Positions 8,822 through 19,593 are shown, counted from the first letter of the stretch. The stretch: DNA of 64,000 nt from an uncultured Dehalococcoidales bacterium (GCA_964399425.1 CAYNQR010000004.1:13076-77075), one strand, 5' to 3'. Made by a program: numbers and translations. The notes: a model not told the origin generated them from the sequence alone.

Positions 8822-8903
8822 CTTCGTAGTCCCTCTACGATTTGTATTAGATTCATTCGTCTGCGACTCAGAATGACAATGTAGAGGGACTCCTCGCAAA
8901 GAC
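8822..8903 (-). repeat. 82-bp composite intergenic repeat, copy 1 (inverted relative to 40691..40772)
   Basis: The reverse complement aligns without gaps to 40691..40772, with 72/82 identical by hand count. Contains tgtcattctgagtcg.agacgaatgaat and gtctttgcgagga modules. Confidence 0.8.
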
Positions 8904-8978
8904 AGGGGAAAAATCCGTTCGCCCTTATCGAATGGCATTATGAACGGATTTTATCATCAACCGAATTGATTTGATACT

Positions 8979-9347
8979 TTACCCCTCCACCGCATCCCTG
9001 TAATGCTCAATTCGCGAGGGTTTGTTGTTGCGGTCTAACTCTACCGCTATGAAATCGATGCGCCAGTCCGCTAGCATTTTATCTTTCTCGCCCAGATATG
9101 TATAAGCGGTTTTTATCAGATGCTTCTTCTTGGTGTTGGTTATCGATTCTTCCGGCGTACCGAATCCGGAGCTTGTCTTGGTGCGCACTTCCGCAAATAC
9201 AATGCAATCCTCTTCCTGTGCGATGATATCGATTTCCCCGCAGTAGCAGCGGTAGTTGGTTTCGATAATGATTAGTCCGTTGTTTTTGAGGTATTCGGCG
9301 GCAAGGGTTTCTCCCAGTTTGCCGACTTCCTTGCGCGAAAGCTTCAA
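8979..9347 (-). CDS. yraN: YraN-family (UPF0102) endonuclease-like protein
   Basis: 122 aa. GExxAxxYL..NGxxIxxxNxRxxxGEIDIIA pattern. Overlaps the rnhB stop, as in the common rnhB-yraN arrangement. Confidence 0.8.
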   Translation of the reverse strand: MKLSRKEVGKLGETLAAEYLKNNGLIIIETNYRCYCGEIDIIAQEEDCIVFAEVRTKTSSGFGTPEESITNTKKKHLIKTAYTYLGEKDKMLADWRIDFIAVELDRNNKPSRIEHYRDAVEG

Positions 9348-9982
9348 CGCAGGTACATTCCTTTTATCGGCTGGAAGGTACGGCGGTGGATGGGGCAGGG
9401 GCCGAGTTTATTTATACAGGAGATATGCTCGGCAGTCCAGTAGCCCTTATGTTTACATAATCCGTAGCCCGGATACAATTCATCCAGTTCATTCATCATC
9501 CTGTCACGCGATACTTTTGCGATAATAGAGGCGCAGGCAATCGAGAAGCATAAACCGTCTCCATGGGGGATGCCTTTCTGGGGGAGGGGGATTTCCTGCA
9601 ATTTTAAGTAATCTATCAGCAGGGTATCCGGCTGCGGATTCAGCTGCTCGACAGCCTGTTTCATTGCCAGTTTGGTCGCTTTTAAAATATCCGTAACATC
9701 TATTATTTCGTTTGATACGATGCCAACGCTCCATGAAACTGCCTCTTCCTGTATATACGAGTAGAGGTATTCACGCTTTTCGGGAGGCAGCAGCTTGCTG
9801 TCCATTACCTGGTGAATCCAATCCCCTTTAATTTTTAAGGGCAGTATAACAGCTGCCGCTACCACCGGCCCGGCCAGGCAGCCGCGTCCGGCTTCATCTA
9901 CGCCGGCAATACGGCAGAATCCCTGCCTCGATAATCGCTTTTCTTCATCGAATGTCGGTTTACAGACGGCTTTCAATATCAA
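9344..9982 (-). CDS. rnhB: Ribonuclease HII
   Basis: [19 protein letters not shown] active-site motif and DSKLL motif; 212 aa. Confidence 0.9.
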   Translation of the reverse strand: MILKAVCKPTFDEEKRLSRQGFCRIAGVDEAGRGCLAGPVVAAAVILPLKIKGDWIHQVMDSKLLPPEKREYLYSYIQEEAVSWSVGIVSNEIIDVTDILKATKLAMKQAVEQLNPQPDTLLIDYLKLQEIPLPQKGIPHGDGLCFSIACASIIAKVSRDRMMNELDELYPGYGLCKHKGYWTAEHISCINKLGPCPIHRRTFQPIKGMYLR

Positions 9983-10049
9983 TCCTTCCGGTAGCTTGCG
10001 GTCTTTCCATTATACATATTTATTCAATTAATTTCTTGTAAAAGCGATG

Positions 10050-10778
10050 CTAGTTACAGGCAGCCTGGTCGACATGCATCACTGAAAACCTGTATAACAT
10101 CTGGCTGCTCCAGCGCTCCAGGAGCCTGATCGTATCCAGGGGATTATCCATTCTTGCCTTTTCATCGGCATCCCAGTTTTCGTAGCGTTTTAAAACCTGC
10201 CTGTCTTCTGCCGTGATATGTCTTCTGAGCAGGTCTTTTCTCCTGGAGATGTAATTGGCGTATTTCAGGAAATACCAGCATTGTATTACGAAGAAGGCGG
10301 CTTTATATAAATCCTTCATGGCAATAGCCGATTGCCGGAAGTCTTTATCATAAATCAGGGCATGCCTGCTGGCATGATTAATATTTGAAAGCGTCACCAT
10401 GGCATTGTTGCGGATGTCGAGGGCGGATATCGGGCCGATAATTTCATTTACATCTCCATATAAAATACGGCAGCCGTAATGAAATGCCACCAGGTCGTAG
10501 CGCGGCCATATCCTGATTTCCTCCAGCCCGCCCAGATAGCCGCAGGCATAATGACTGTCGGGCATATTGTCAATGATATCACGATATAATGTAATATCTT
10601 CCGGCAAGACTACATCCAGAACGACATTAACATCTACATCGCTTTGCGGGGTAGAATCGTCTCTGGCCCTGCTGCCGACAAGCGCTACCAGCAGCAACCT
10701 CTTGCCGAATTTTGTTTTGAGATTATCCAGAAGGGCATCGAGCCATTTGTCCAGTTTAAAATCATTCGACATATTCAA
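10050..10778 (-). CDS. Nucleotidyltransferase-domain protein (KNTase/ANT-like fold with helical C-terminal domain)
   Basis: Pol-beta-type NTase motif LVGSRARDDSTPQSDVDVNVVL followed by a ~130-aa helical domain. Substrate unknown. Confidence 0.6.
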   Translation of the reverse strand: MNMSNDFKLDKWLDALLDNLKTKFGKRLLLVALVGSRARDDSTPQSDVDVNVVLDVVLPEDITLYRDIIDNMPDSHYACGYLGGLEEIRIWPRYDLVAFHYGCRILYGDVNEIIGPISALDIRNNAMVTLSNINHASRHALIYDKDFRQSAIAMKDLYKAAFFVIQCWYFLKYANYISRRKDLLRRHITAEDRQVLKRYENWDADEKARMDNPLDTIRLLERWSSQMLYRFSVMHVDQAACN

Positions 10779-10826
10779 TACACGATTCCTTATCCAGCAA
10801 CTTCAGTATTATTCGAGGTACTTGTA

Positions 10827-11867
10827 TCAACTCATCGACGAATCGGGGGTTTCGATGATGCCGCCTCCCAGCACCTCGTCCCCTCTGTAAAAGACGATGG
10901 ATTGTCCCGGTGTGATAGCCCACTGGGGCTGTTCGAATTCGACATCGCAGAAGCCGTCAGCGAGTTTAATTTTAACGGGCGATTCGGAAGCCCTGTAACG
11001 GATTCTGGCTGATATTTGCTCCATAAAAAGAGGAATGTTGCCCGATGTCCATGTTAAATTACCGGCACGCAACTTCGTTAAAAAAAGCTGGTCTCGTTCC
11101 CCGAGTATGACAGTATTATTCTGCGGGTCGAGCCTGACGATGTACCTTCTGTTATTCGAAGATAATCCCAAACCCTGCCTTTGTCCGACAGTGTAATAAG
11201 CCAATCCCCTGTGCCGCCCGATTACCGCTCCGTCTGTATCTAATATATCGCCGCTTTCCGTCTTTACATTTTTGCTTATGAATTCATCGTAACCATTATT
11301 CGGTATGAAACAGATATCCTGGCTTTCATATCCCACAAGGGTGTCGATTCCCAATCCGCAGGCAATCTGTTTAACCTCTGTTTTGGTTAATCCGCCCAGC
11401 GGCATCAATAAACGCTTCAACTGTTCCTGCTTTAATATGTAAAGGAAATACGACTGGTCTTTAGCAGAATCGATTCCTTTTAAAAGTTTTAGCCCTTCCT
11501 GTGTTTCCAGAATGCGCGCATAGTGACCGGTAGCCAGCAGGTCAGCTCCCAGTTCCCTGGCTTTATCATTTAAAAGACCGAATTTAATATTGCGGTTGCA
11601 CAGGATGCAGGGATTGGGGGTTCTTCCGAGGCCGTATTCATGGCAGAAAGGTTCGATTACTCTTTCATGGAAGTCTTTTTCCATGTCCGCCACATAATGG
11701 GCAATACCCAGTTTTGCTGCAATCTGCGAGGCAGTTTCGACGGTATTTCCGCTGCATTCGGAAATAGACATGGTAATACCGAAAACATTATATCCTCTAT
11801 CTTTCAGGATAAGCGCGGCAACCGACGAATCGACTCCGCCGCTCATAGCGACAGCTACTTTATACAT
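10827..11867 (-). CDS. mnmA: tRNA 2-thiouridine(34) synthase
   Basis: PP-loop AMSGGVDSSVAA, catalytic-Cys context NPCILCN, TGHYA motif; 346 aa. Confidence 0.9.
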   Translation of the reverse strand: MYKVAVAMSGGVDSSVAALILKDRGYNVFGITMSISECSGNTVETASQIAAKLGIAHYVADMEKDFHERVIEPFCHEYGLGRTPNPCILCNRNIKFGLLNDKARELGADLLATGHYARILETQEGLKLLKGIDSAKDQSYFLYILKQEQLKRLLMPLGGLTKTEVKQIACGLGIDTLVGYESQDICFIPNNGYDEFISKNVKTESGDILDTDGAVIGRHRGLAYYTVGQRQGLGLSSNNRRYIVRLDPQNNTVILGERDQLFLTKLRAGNLTWTSGNIPLFMEQISARIRYRASESPVKIKLADGFCDVEFEQPQWAITPGQSIVFYRGDEVLGGGIIETPDSSMS

Positions 11868-11875
11868 TTTCCCAT

Positions 11876-12586
11876 TTATTCTCCTGCGTTTTCGTCAACA
11901 GTTATTGCTGTGCCGGATTCCTCGCTTCCTTCTGCGGAAAACTCATCCGGTATCTCTATTTCACCGTTATTTCTTTGTTTCAACAGCTCTCGTACTTTCA
12001 GCCAGATTTCCCGTGCAATATCCTGTTTGCTTTTTCCGGCATCGATTACCAGCCATCTTTCCGGTTCCTTAGCCGCCAGTTCGAGATAACCCCGGCGTAT
12101 CCTGTTATGGAATGTCAGGCTTTCTTTCTCAAAGCGGTCTCTTTTTTGACCGCGTTTGCGCGCCAGCCCGATGCCGGGCAGTATATCCATCAATATCGTC
12201 AGGTCGGGTTTCAATCCTCCGGTTGCCAGAAAATTTACTTTCTCGATAGTTTCCATATCCAGCTGGCGACCGAAGCCCTGGTAAACAACGGTGGAATCTG
12301 TAAAACGGTCGCAAATAACAATCTTCCCTTCTTTTAATGCCGGATTGATGACGGTCTCGACCAGGTGGCTGCGCGAGGCGTTGAATAATAGAAGTTCGGC
12401 TAGCGGGGAGATGGGGGAAGTCTGCCACTTGAGGCATTTCGTTATTTCTTCTCCCAGTGGGGTACCGCCCGGTTCCCTGGTCTGAATTGCCGGTATTTCA
12501 TCGCGCGCAAGCAGCTTAAAGAGGACGTTGGACTGGAAGCTTTTCCCGCTGCCTTCACCGCCCTCGAAGGTAATAAATAGAGACAT
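11876..12586 (-). CDS. tmk: dTMP (thymidylate) kinase with acidic C-terminal extension
   Basis: P-loop FEGGEGSGKS, TREPGGT, DRFxDST motifs. Confidence 0.85.
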   Translation of the reverse strand: MSLFITFEGGEGSGKSFQSNVLFKLLARDEIPAIQTREPGGTPLGEEITKCLKWQTSPISPLAELLLFNASRSHLVETVINPALKEGKIVICDRFTDSTVVYQGFGRQLDMETIEKVNFLATGGLKPDLTILMDILPGIGLARKRGQKRDRFEKESLTFHNRIRRGYLELAAKEPERWLVIDAGKSKQDIAREIWLKVRELLKQRNNGEIEIPDEFSAEGSEESGTAITVDENAGE

Positions 12587-12588
12587 AA

Positions 12589-14127
12589 TTAAGATTCCTT
12601 ATAAATGCTGACCCTTCTGTTGGGTTCTCTGCCGGTGCTTTTGGATGAAAGGTTGTTCCTTTCCGCTACAATATGCTGCAGGCGGCGGATATAAGCGCTT
12701 TGCGGGCTTAATTCGATTGCTTCTTCACTTTCTCTCGCCTTGTCGGCTGCAAGTTCGGCTTCTTTTATAGCCAGACCGAGTACATCACCCTTGCCTTCGT
12801 TTTTACTGATAACGGCAGCCGGATGTATCGTCGCCAGCATTTGTTTTAATTGAATCGGGGTATGCTTGCGCAGCACATAGACCGGCAGATTTGACGCTTC
12901 CGCATCGCGAATCTTCTGCGGTTTATTGCGGTAATAGGTTTTCGATGTTATCATCATATCCGCTTCGTTCAGGTTATCGACTACATTTAAAGCTATATGC
13001 AGGTCTTTGGCAGCTTCCTCCAGCCGGATGCGGTTAATCCCGAAAGGATAGAGCTTCGGTGACGGCTGCCTTTTTACGGGAGCACCTTCTTTTTCTTTCG
13101 AACGTTTTTCCCTGATGTCGACAGGCACTTCTTTCTTGATGATTATATCCCCGTTTTCGCCGAGGGAACGAATTTCCATTGCTGCCGGAATTCCCCTTAG
13201 TAGCGCATCTATCGATGCGCCGACATCCGGGTGTACGGCCACCCGGTACCTGTCCTGTATCTCGACTACGATATTGAAAGTCGGAGGCGATTTACGTTCG
13301 AGTATCGTCTTCTGTGTTCCGCGCCTTTTTGCTTCATCGTCGCCCAGCGTTACCGCCTGTATGCCGCCGACAAGGTCGGATAGAGTCGGATTCAGCATCA
13401 GGTTTTCGAGTGTGTTGCCGTGTGCCGTGCCGATAAGCTGTACGCCGCGTTCGGCAATCGTCCTGGCTGCCTGCGCTTCCAGTTCGGTGCCGATTTCATC
13501 GATGATAATAACTTCCGGCATGTGGTTTTCTACCGCTTCAATCATGACGGCGTGCTGCATGGTGGGTGTAATTACCTGCATGCGTCTCGAGCGTCCGATG
13601 GCGGGGTGGGGTATGTCTCCGTCGCCGGCGATTTCATTGGAGGTGTCTACGATGACAACGCGTTTTTTCATATCGCTGGAAAGCACACGCGCCGCTTCAC
13701 GCAGCATGGTGGTTTTTCCGATACCGGGGCGCCCCAGCAGTAAAACGCTTTTGCCGGATTGCACCAGGTCTTCTATTATTTTAATAGTACCGAAAACGGC
13801 GCGTCCTGCACGGCAGCTTAAACCGACTATTTTACCCTTGCGGTTGCGGATGGCTGAAATACGGTGCAGTGTGCGCTCGATGCCGGCGCGGTTATCATCG
13901 CCGAAACTGCCGATTCTCGAAGTAACATAATCGATATCGTCCTGAGTTACTTCCTGTGTGCTGAGGCAGACATCATTATTCGGGAAACGCGCCTCCGGGC
14001 AGCGACCGAGGTCCAATACGATTTCGAGCAGGGTATTTACGTCTTCCTGCTCCTGTAACGGCTGGCGGATATGCGGTGGCAGAATCTCAAGAAGAGCGCC
14101 GAGTTCTTCGTCAATGACCTTCGTCAA
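12589..14127 (-). CDS. AAA ATPase with C-terminal R3H-like domain (SpoIIIAA/Ycf45-like)
   Basis: Walker [16 protein letters not shown], Walker [10 protein letters not shown]; 512 aa with a basic C-terminal nucleic-acid-binding-like region. Confidence 0.7.
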   Translation of the reverse strand: MTKVIDEELGALLEILPPHIRQPLQEQEDVNTLLEIVLDLGRCPEARFPNNDVCLSTQEVTQDDIDYVTSRIGSFGDDNRAGIERTLHRISAIRNRKGKIVGLSCRAGRAVFGTIKIIEDLVQSGKSVLLLGRPGIGKTTMLREAARVLSSDMKKRVVIVDTSNEIAGDGDIPHPAIGRSRRMQVITPTMQHAVMIEAVENHMPEVIIIDEIGTELEAQAARTIAERGVQLIGTAHGNTLENLMLNPTLSDLVGGIQAVTLGDDEAKRRGTQKTILERKSPPTFNIVVEIQDRYRVAVHPDVGASIDALLRGIPAAMEIRSLGENGDIIIKKEVPVDIREKRSKEKEGAPVKRQPSPKLYPFGINRIRLEEAAKDLHIALNVVDNLNEADMMITSKTYYRNKPQKIRDAEASNLPVYVLRKHTPIQLKQMLATIHPAAVISKNEGKGDVLGLAIKEAELAADKARESEEAIELSPQSAYIRRLQHIVAERNNLSSKSTGREPNRRVSIYKES

Positions 14128-14145
14128 AACTATCCTCCCGCAATT

Positions 14146-15027
14146 TTACCATCCTCTCGAAGCCAGCAGCTGGTCTTCGGGTATTTGCTTGATTTCGATG
14201 CCGGGCATGGCCTCTCCGAGATTCTTGCTGACCTCGGCAATAACCTTGTAATCCTGATAATGAGTAGTCGCTTTCACAATCGCCTTGGCCCTCTTTTCGG
14301 GGTCGGCGGATTTGAAAATGCCCGAGCCGACGAAGACGCCTTCGGCTCCCAGTTGCATCATCAGCGCGGCATCTGCCGGTGTGGCGATACCGCCGGCGGC
14401 AAAGTTGACGACCGGCAGCTTGCCGGTATCGTGCACTGCTTTAACCAGTTCGTATGGGGCGCCGTTTTCCTTGGCAAAAGACATCAATTCTTCCTGGGGC
14501 ATATTGACTAGCTGTCTGATGCTGTCCATTACTGTTCGCATATGCCTGACGGCTTCGACGACGTTGCCGGTGCCGGCTTCTCCCTTGGTGCGAATCATGG
14601 CGGCGCCCTCGCCGATACGTCTTAAAGCCTCTCCGATATTGCGGCAGCCGCAGACGAAGGGCACTTTGAAATCGTGTTTCCAGACGTGGTTGGCTTCATC
14701 GGCGGGGGTTAAAACCTCCGATTCGTCGATAAAGTCGATGCCGATGGCCTCGAGTGTTCTGGCTTCGACGAAATGACCGATACGGCACTTCGCCATAACG
14801 GGGATGCTGACGGCTTTCATAATATTTTCGATAACGGAGATATCCGCCATGCGGGCGACGCCGCCAGCGGCGCGGATATCGGCGGGGACTCGTTCGAGCG
14901 CCATAACGGAGCAGGCTCCGGCGGCTTCGGCGATTTTCGCCTGTTCGGGGTTGATGACATCCATAATTACGCCGCCCTTGAGCATTTGAGCGAGTCCTGT
15001 TTTAACTTTCCAGGTACCGGTTTCCAT
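14146..15027 (-). CDS. pdxS: Pyridoxal 5'-phosphate synthase lyase subunit
   Basis: Near-canonical PdxS sequence: [46 protein letters not shown]. Confidence 0.95.
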   Translation of the reverse strand: METGTWKVKTGLAQMLKGGVIMDVINPEQAKIAEAAGACSVMALERVPADIRAAGGVARMADISVIENIMKAVSIPVMAKCRIGHFVEARTLEAIGIDFIDESEVLTPADEANHVWKHDFKVPFVCGCRNIGEALRRIGEGAAMIRTKGEAGTGNVVEAVRHMRTVMDSIRQLVNMPQEELMSFAKENGAPYELVKAVHDTGKLPVVNFAAGGIATPADAALMMQLGAEGVFVGSGIFKSADPEKRAKAIVKATTHYQDYKVIAEVSKNLGEAMPGIEIKQIPEDQLLASRGW

Positions 15028-15107
15028 TTAAAACTCCTTAAATTGTCTACAGGATTATTGTACCCTTTGTCTATCGGTGTTATCAAGCGAAGAATTTGGA
15101 TAGTTAA

Positions 15108-15200
15108 ATCTCACCCCCAACCCCTCTCCGCACGCAGAGAGGGGAACACTATATTTGCCTCCTTCTCTGATTTCGGAGAAGGAGGATAGGAGGATGAGGT
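15108..15200 (+). repeat. Double-hairpin palindromic intergenic element (family 1), full-length copy
   Basis: Hairpin cccctctccgcacgcagagagggg (15121-15144) plus hairpin cctccttctctgatttcggagaaggagg (15158-15185). Ends atctcaccc / ggatgaggt are inverted. Same layout at 30456..30555. Confidence 0.8.
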
Positions 15201-15301
15201 TTATCATAATTCGCATAACACACTTGGGATGTTTCGTTCTGATATGTCGATGCTCACAACAGGGTTTGATAATGATATAATGCTTGCTGAGGTTAAATGG
15301 G

Positions 15302-16033
15302 ATGTCTGAAACATCGATGAATTGTCTTGCTGAAAGAACGAAGCAACTGGGTATAACACTCGATACGTCTCAATTGCAGCAGTTTGCGATATATAATCGT
15401 GATTTGACTGACTGGAATGACCGTATCAATTTAACCGCTATAACCGATGTCGAGGACGTTCAAATAAAACATTTTCTGGATTCACTGACATTGATATCGT
15501 CAATAAATGAAAAACAATGCGAAAGTTGTAAAATCATCGATGTCGGAAGCGGAGCCGGTTTCCCCGGAATACCTTTAAAAATCGTATTGCCCAGCTTAGA
15601 GATGACCCTTATTGAAGCTACTACGAAAAAAGTCCTGTTCCTGGAGCATATTGTTCAAGAACTGGCATTGCAGGATGTCGAAATAATCAACGGGCGTGCA
15701 GAGGAAGCGGCGCAAAAGCCGGAGTACCGTCAGAAATTCGATGTTGCCATATCGCGCGCGGTGGCGGAACTGGCGGTATTATGCGAATTAACCCTGCCTT
15801 TCTGTAAAGTCGGCGGCTGTGTCATCGCGCAGAAGAAGGGCGATATCCAGTTTGAACTGGAGCAGTCCCTTAAATCTATCGAAACACTGGGCGGCAGGCT
15901 GTCGAAAGTCGAAAAGATTAATCTGGAAGGTCTTGACGATGAGCGTTATCTGGTAGTTATCGATAAAGTAAGACCGACTCCGGAAAAGTATCCAAGGCGT
16001 CCCGGTATGCCCGAAAAAAGACCGTTATTGTAA
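15302..16033 (+). CDS. rsmG: 16S rRNA (guanine527-N7)-methyltransferase
   Basis: SAM motif DVGSGAGFPGIPLKI and typical N-terminal Y..L..WN..INLTAI. ATG at 15302 preferred over the TTG at 15284. Confidence 0.85.
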   Translation: MSETSMNCLAERTKQLGITLDTSQLQQFAIYNRDLTDWNDRINLTAITDVEDVQIKHFLDSLTLISSINEKQCESCKIIDVGSGAGFPGIPLKIVLPSLEMTLIEATTKKVLFLEHIVQELALQDVEIINGRAEEAAQKPEYRQKFDVAISRAVAELAVLCELTLPFCKVGGCVIAQKKGDIQFELEQSLKSIETLGGRLSKVEKINLEGLDDERYLVVIDKVRPTPEKYPRRPGMPEKRPLL

Positions 16034-16057
16034 TACATTATAATAAAGGAGGCGGTA

Positions 16058-16591
16058 ATGAATCGTCAAAAAGTGACCTTGCTTCTTATTAATGTAATCG
16101 GCGGAATCCTGGTTATCGGCAGTTATGTTTATGGCTTGAATACGCAGTCCGGCGGAGCCTCGGTATTATGGGGTGGCGTTCCCGCAAATATTCAACCGAT
16201 ATATGCCGTATCTATGATACTGTCAGCAATCGGTTATTTTGCTTTTATCTACTATTTGCTGTTTAAACTCAATCCCGCAGAGGTAGTGATATATAAAAAA
16301 TTCAATTACAGTCTCTTCTATTGGATATTTATGGCGATGCTTTTACCTTCTGCTTTCTGGATGCCTTTAACCAATCTGTATGTAGCCAATCCTGTTCTTG
16401 TTTACTGGATACTTATCCGTGTTGTCCTTTTCATAGTCGGATTTGCCTCACTCGCTTTGATATGGGCGCTGATCAATACCTCTCCTTATACCGAGGGAAT
16501 TGCGCGCCGGGCGGCAATTGCCGGCAGCATCTATTTTACCTTTCACACCTTGATTCTGGATGCAGTTATCTGGGCGCAGCTTTTTAAATAG
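16058..16591 (+). CDS. Integral membrane protein, unknown function (about 5 TM)
   Basis: 177 aa, hydrophobic throughout. SD aaggagg upstream. Confidence 0.5.
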   Translation: MNRQKVTLLLINVIGGILVIGSYVYGLNTQSGGASVLWGGVPANIQPIYAVSMILSAIGYFAFIYYLLFKLNPAEVVIYKKFNYSLFYWIFMAMLLPSAFWMPLTNLYVANPVLVYWILIRVVLFIVGFASLALIWALINTSPYTEGIARRAAIAGSIYFTFHTLILDAVIWAQLFK

Positions 16592-16656
16592 TCATTTGTA
16601 AATTGCACAATACGTATATCTATGTTATAGTTTTCTTACAAACGCAGTCATAATAA

Positions 16657-16797
16657 GACCGCTAGGGGAGCGAAAAAGCTGAGAGTTCCGCAAGTCCGGA
16701 ACAACCCTGATGACCTGAACTCGGTAATGCGAGCGTAGGAAAGCGGACACACAAAACCAGGGTCCGGTATTTCCGAATCTCTGGTTTTATTGTTTTT
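16657..16797 (+). promoter_or_regulatory. TPP (THI-box) riboswitch with terminator-type expression platform, upstream of thiC
   Basis: ctaggggagcg..gctgaga..accctgatgacctgaactcggtaatgcgagcgtaggaaagcgg matches the THI-box core. P1 is ccgct (16659-63) / agcgg (16742-46). Then stem aaaaccag/ctggtttt (16753-16788) followed by attgttttt. Confidence 0.85.
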
Positions 16798-16807
16798 AAG
16801 GAGAGAA

Positions 16808-18103
16808 ATGACACAGCTTGAACTGGCAAAAAGGGGAGTCATATCGCCGCAGATGGAAACGGTTGCCGAGTGCGAAGGACTGGATGCGGAGTTTATCCGC
16901 CAAGGGGTTGCTGACGGCACCGTCGTTATTCCTGCCAATATAAATCACAAGAGCCTCATTCCCTGCGGTATCGGCAAGGGTTTGAAAACCAAAATAAATG
17001 CCAATATCGGCAACTCTTCCGACTATGGGAATATAGAAACCGAACTTGATAAGCTGGAGGTGGTTATCGAAACAGGCGCCGATGCGGTGATGGATCTCTC
17101 TACCGGCGGCAACGTCAACGAGATTCGCCGTGCCATTACCAATAAAAGCACGATTGCCATCGGTACCGTACCTATATATCAAGCCGGGCTGGAAGCCGCC
17201 CGAAAGCATGGCGCCATTGTCAATATGACTGCCGATGACCTGTTTAATACCATTGCCGAACACGCCGAAGACGGCGTCGATTTCGTTACCGTTCATTGCG
17301 GGGTAACGCGCGAGTCCGTCGAAAGATTACAGAAACAGACACGCGTTACCGATATCGTTTCGCGCGGCGGCGCATTTATGATGGGTTGGATGATTCATAA
17401 TGGAAAGGAAAATCCGCTCTACGAACAGTTCGACCGGCTGCTTGAAATTGCCTTGAAATACGATGTCACCCTCAGCCTCGGCGACGGTATGCGTCCCGGT
17501 AGTCTTTGTGATGCTACCGACAGGGCGCAGGTTCAGGAACTCATCATCCTCGGCGAACTGGTAAAGAGGTCGCGCGATGCCGGAGTGCAGGTAATGGTAG
17601 AGGGGCCTGGGCACCTTCCCCTGAATCAAATCGAAGCCAATGTAAGATTACAGAAGTCCATCTGCAACGAGGCTCCGTTTTACGTTTTAGGGCCTCTGGT
17701 GACCGATGTGGCTGCCGGTTATGACCATATTACCGGCGCTATCGGCGGGGCAATTGCCGCTGCCGCCGGCACCGATTTCCTGTGCTATGTGACGCCTGCG
17801 GAACACTTGTCTCTGCCGGATATGGAAGATGTGAGGCAGGGCATTATCGCATCACGCATAGCGGCACACGCCGGAGATATCGCCAAGGGTGTCAAAGGGG
17901 CGATGGAATGGGACAGGAAGATGTCGCTTGCCCGTAAGAATCTCGACTGGGAAGAACAGGCTCGCCAGTCTTTAGACCCGAAGCATCACAGAGAAGTGCA
18001 TGCCCAGCACGCTACCTTCGGCAAGGCATGCAGTATGTGTGGCGACTTCTGCGCCATGGAGCTTACTGCCAAGTATCTGGGTATACCTGTTAAGAAGTGC
18101 TAG
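16808..18103 (+). CDS. thiC: Phosphomethylpyrimidine synthase
   Basis: Highly conserved ThiC sequence ([29 protein letters not shown]) and C-terminal CSMCGDFCA cluster motif. ATG at 16808 is preceded by aaggagag. Confidence 0.95.
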   Translation: MTQLELAKRGVISPQMETVAECEGLDAEFIRQGVADGTVVIPANINHKSLIPCGIGKGLKTKINANIGNSSDYGNIETELDKLEVVIETGADAVMDLSTGGNVNEIRRAITNKSTIAIGTVPIYQAGLEAARKHGAIVNMTADDLFNTIAEHAEDGVDFVTVHCGVTRESVERLQKQTRVTDIVSRGGAFMMGWMIHNGKENPLYEQFDRLLEIALKYDVTLSLGDGMRPGSLCDATDRAQVQELIILGELVKRSRDAGVQVMVEGPGHLPLNQIEANVRLQKSICNEAPFYVLGPLVTDVAAGYDHITGAIGGAIAAAAGTDFLCYVTPAEHLSLPDMEDVRQGIIASRIAAHAGDIAKGVKGAMEWDRKMSLARKNLDWEEQARQSLDPKHHREVHAQHATFGKACSMCGDFCAMELTAKYLGIPVKKC

Positions 18104-18130
18104 ATTTTCTTTTTTAATGCTGCCATTTAG

Positions 18131-18197
18131 TCGCGGGGATGGGCATTGCCCGTCTGCCTTATTCGTATAAGGGCGGGCGACCATTGGTCGCCCCTAC
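18131..18197 (+). repeat. Two-hairpin GC-rich intergenic repeat (family 3), copy 1
   Basis: gggcattgcccgtc hairpin plus gggcgaccattggtcgccc hairpin. Same module order and orientation at 56177..56243. Confidence 0.75.
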
Positions 18198-18315
18198 TGT
18201 TTGACTTTCATGCCGGAGTCCCGGTTTAAGGGGACATATTTAAAATTATTTCCCTTTACACAGATTAGAAGTATATAATAAAGCAAACCGTTACAATCAA
18301 AAAGGGAGATTTGAA

Positions 18316-19593
18316 ATGGAAGCTATCAATGCAGAACTTGAAAATAAAGCTAAAGCCGTCAAAGCCGCTTCAAAGCGCATGGCAAATATAGCTACTCCCG
18401 TTAAAAATCAGGCTTTAAAGAATATCGCTGCGGATTTAATCTCGAAATGCGACGACATCCTGTCAGCCAATAAAATCGATTATTCCGAAGCCGAGGCTTC
18501 CGGTATGAACAAGGCTATGTTAGACCGGCTGCTGCTTACCGAAGACCGTTTGCAGGGTATGGCAAAGGATGTTTTAACTGTCGCCGCTCTCCCCGACCCC
18601 ATCGGCGAAGTGATGGAAATGCGCACCCTCGATAACGGAATGATGATATGTAAAAAACGCGTTCCGCTGGGGGTTATCGGCGCCATTTATGAAAGCCGCC
18701 CCAACGTTACGGTCGATATTGCCAGCCTGTGTATAAAATCGGGTAACGGATGCATTTTGAGAGGCGGGAAGGAAACGGTTCACTCCAATATGGCACTGGC
18801 GAAGGTAATACAGGATGCTATAAAAAGAGCCGGACTCCCCGACGGTATCGTTCAGGTTATCGAGGATACCGACCGCTCGCTGGTCAACCAAATGCTTAAA
18901 ATGTCGGACTATATCGATATGGTCGTTCCCCGCGGCGGAGCCGGTCTTATAAAATTTGTAAGGGATAATGCCGTTATGCCGGTTATTTCGGGCGGTATCG
19001 GTGTTTGCCATACTTATGTAGATGCAGCGGCGGATATAGAAAAAGCGACAGCGATTGTATACAACGCCAAGGTACAGCGGCCTACCGTTTGCAATGCACT
19101 GGACAGCTTACTGGTGCACAAAGACATCGCTTCAAGCTACCTACCGAAGGTTGCCGCCGAATTGAATAAAGCCTCCGTCGAGTTTCACTGCGATGAAAAA
19201 TCTATGGAAATTCTTAAAAAGAGCGGGCTGAATCTGAAACTGGTTTCGGCTGTCGAAGAAGACTGGGGAAAGGAATTTCTGGCTCTGATTATCGCCGTAA
19301 AAGTGGTGTCATCGCTGGATGAAGCCCTCGAACATATCGATAAATACGGCTCGGGGCACTCTGAAGCAATCGTCAGCGAAAATTACACGGCAACCATGCG
19401 TTTCCTGAACGAAGTTGATGCCGCCTGTGTCTATGCCAATGCCAGTACCCGCTTTACCGACGGCAGCCAGTTCGGCATGGGCGCCGAACTCGGCATCAGC
19501 ACGCAGAAAATGCATGCCAGAGGGCCCATCGGCTTGAAAGAAATCACCTCTTATAAATGGATAGTCTTCGGCAGCGGGCAGATAAGAGGCTAG
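18316..19593 (+). CDS. proA: Gamma-glutamyl phosphate reductase
   Basis: 425 aa. ALDH-type catalytic context PTVCNALDSLLVH, IYESRPNVT, GSGHSEAI motifs. Confidence 0.95.
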   Translation: MEAINAELENKAKAVKAASKRMANIATPVKNQALKNIAADLISKCDDILSANKIDYSEAEASGMNKAMLDRLLLTEDRLQGMAKDVLTVAALPDPIGEVMEMRTLDNGMMICKKRVPLGVIGAIYESRPNVTVDIASLCIKSGNGCILRGGKETVHSNMALAKVIQDAIKRAGLPDGIVQVIEDTDRSLVNQMLKMSDYIDMVVPRGGAGLIKFVRDNAVMPVISGGIGVCHTYVDAAADIEKATAIVYNAKVQRPTVCNALDSLLVHKDIASSYLPKVAAELNKASVEFHCDEKSMEILKKSGLNLKLVSAVEEDWGKEFLALIIAVKVVSSLDEALEHIDKYGSGHSEAIVSENYTATMRFLNEVDAACVYANASTRFTDGSQFGMGAELGISTQKMHARGPIGLKEITSYKWIVFGSGQIRG

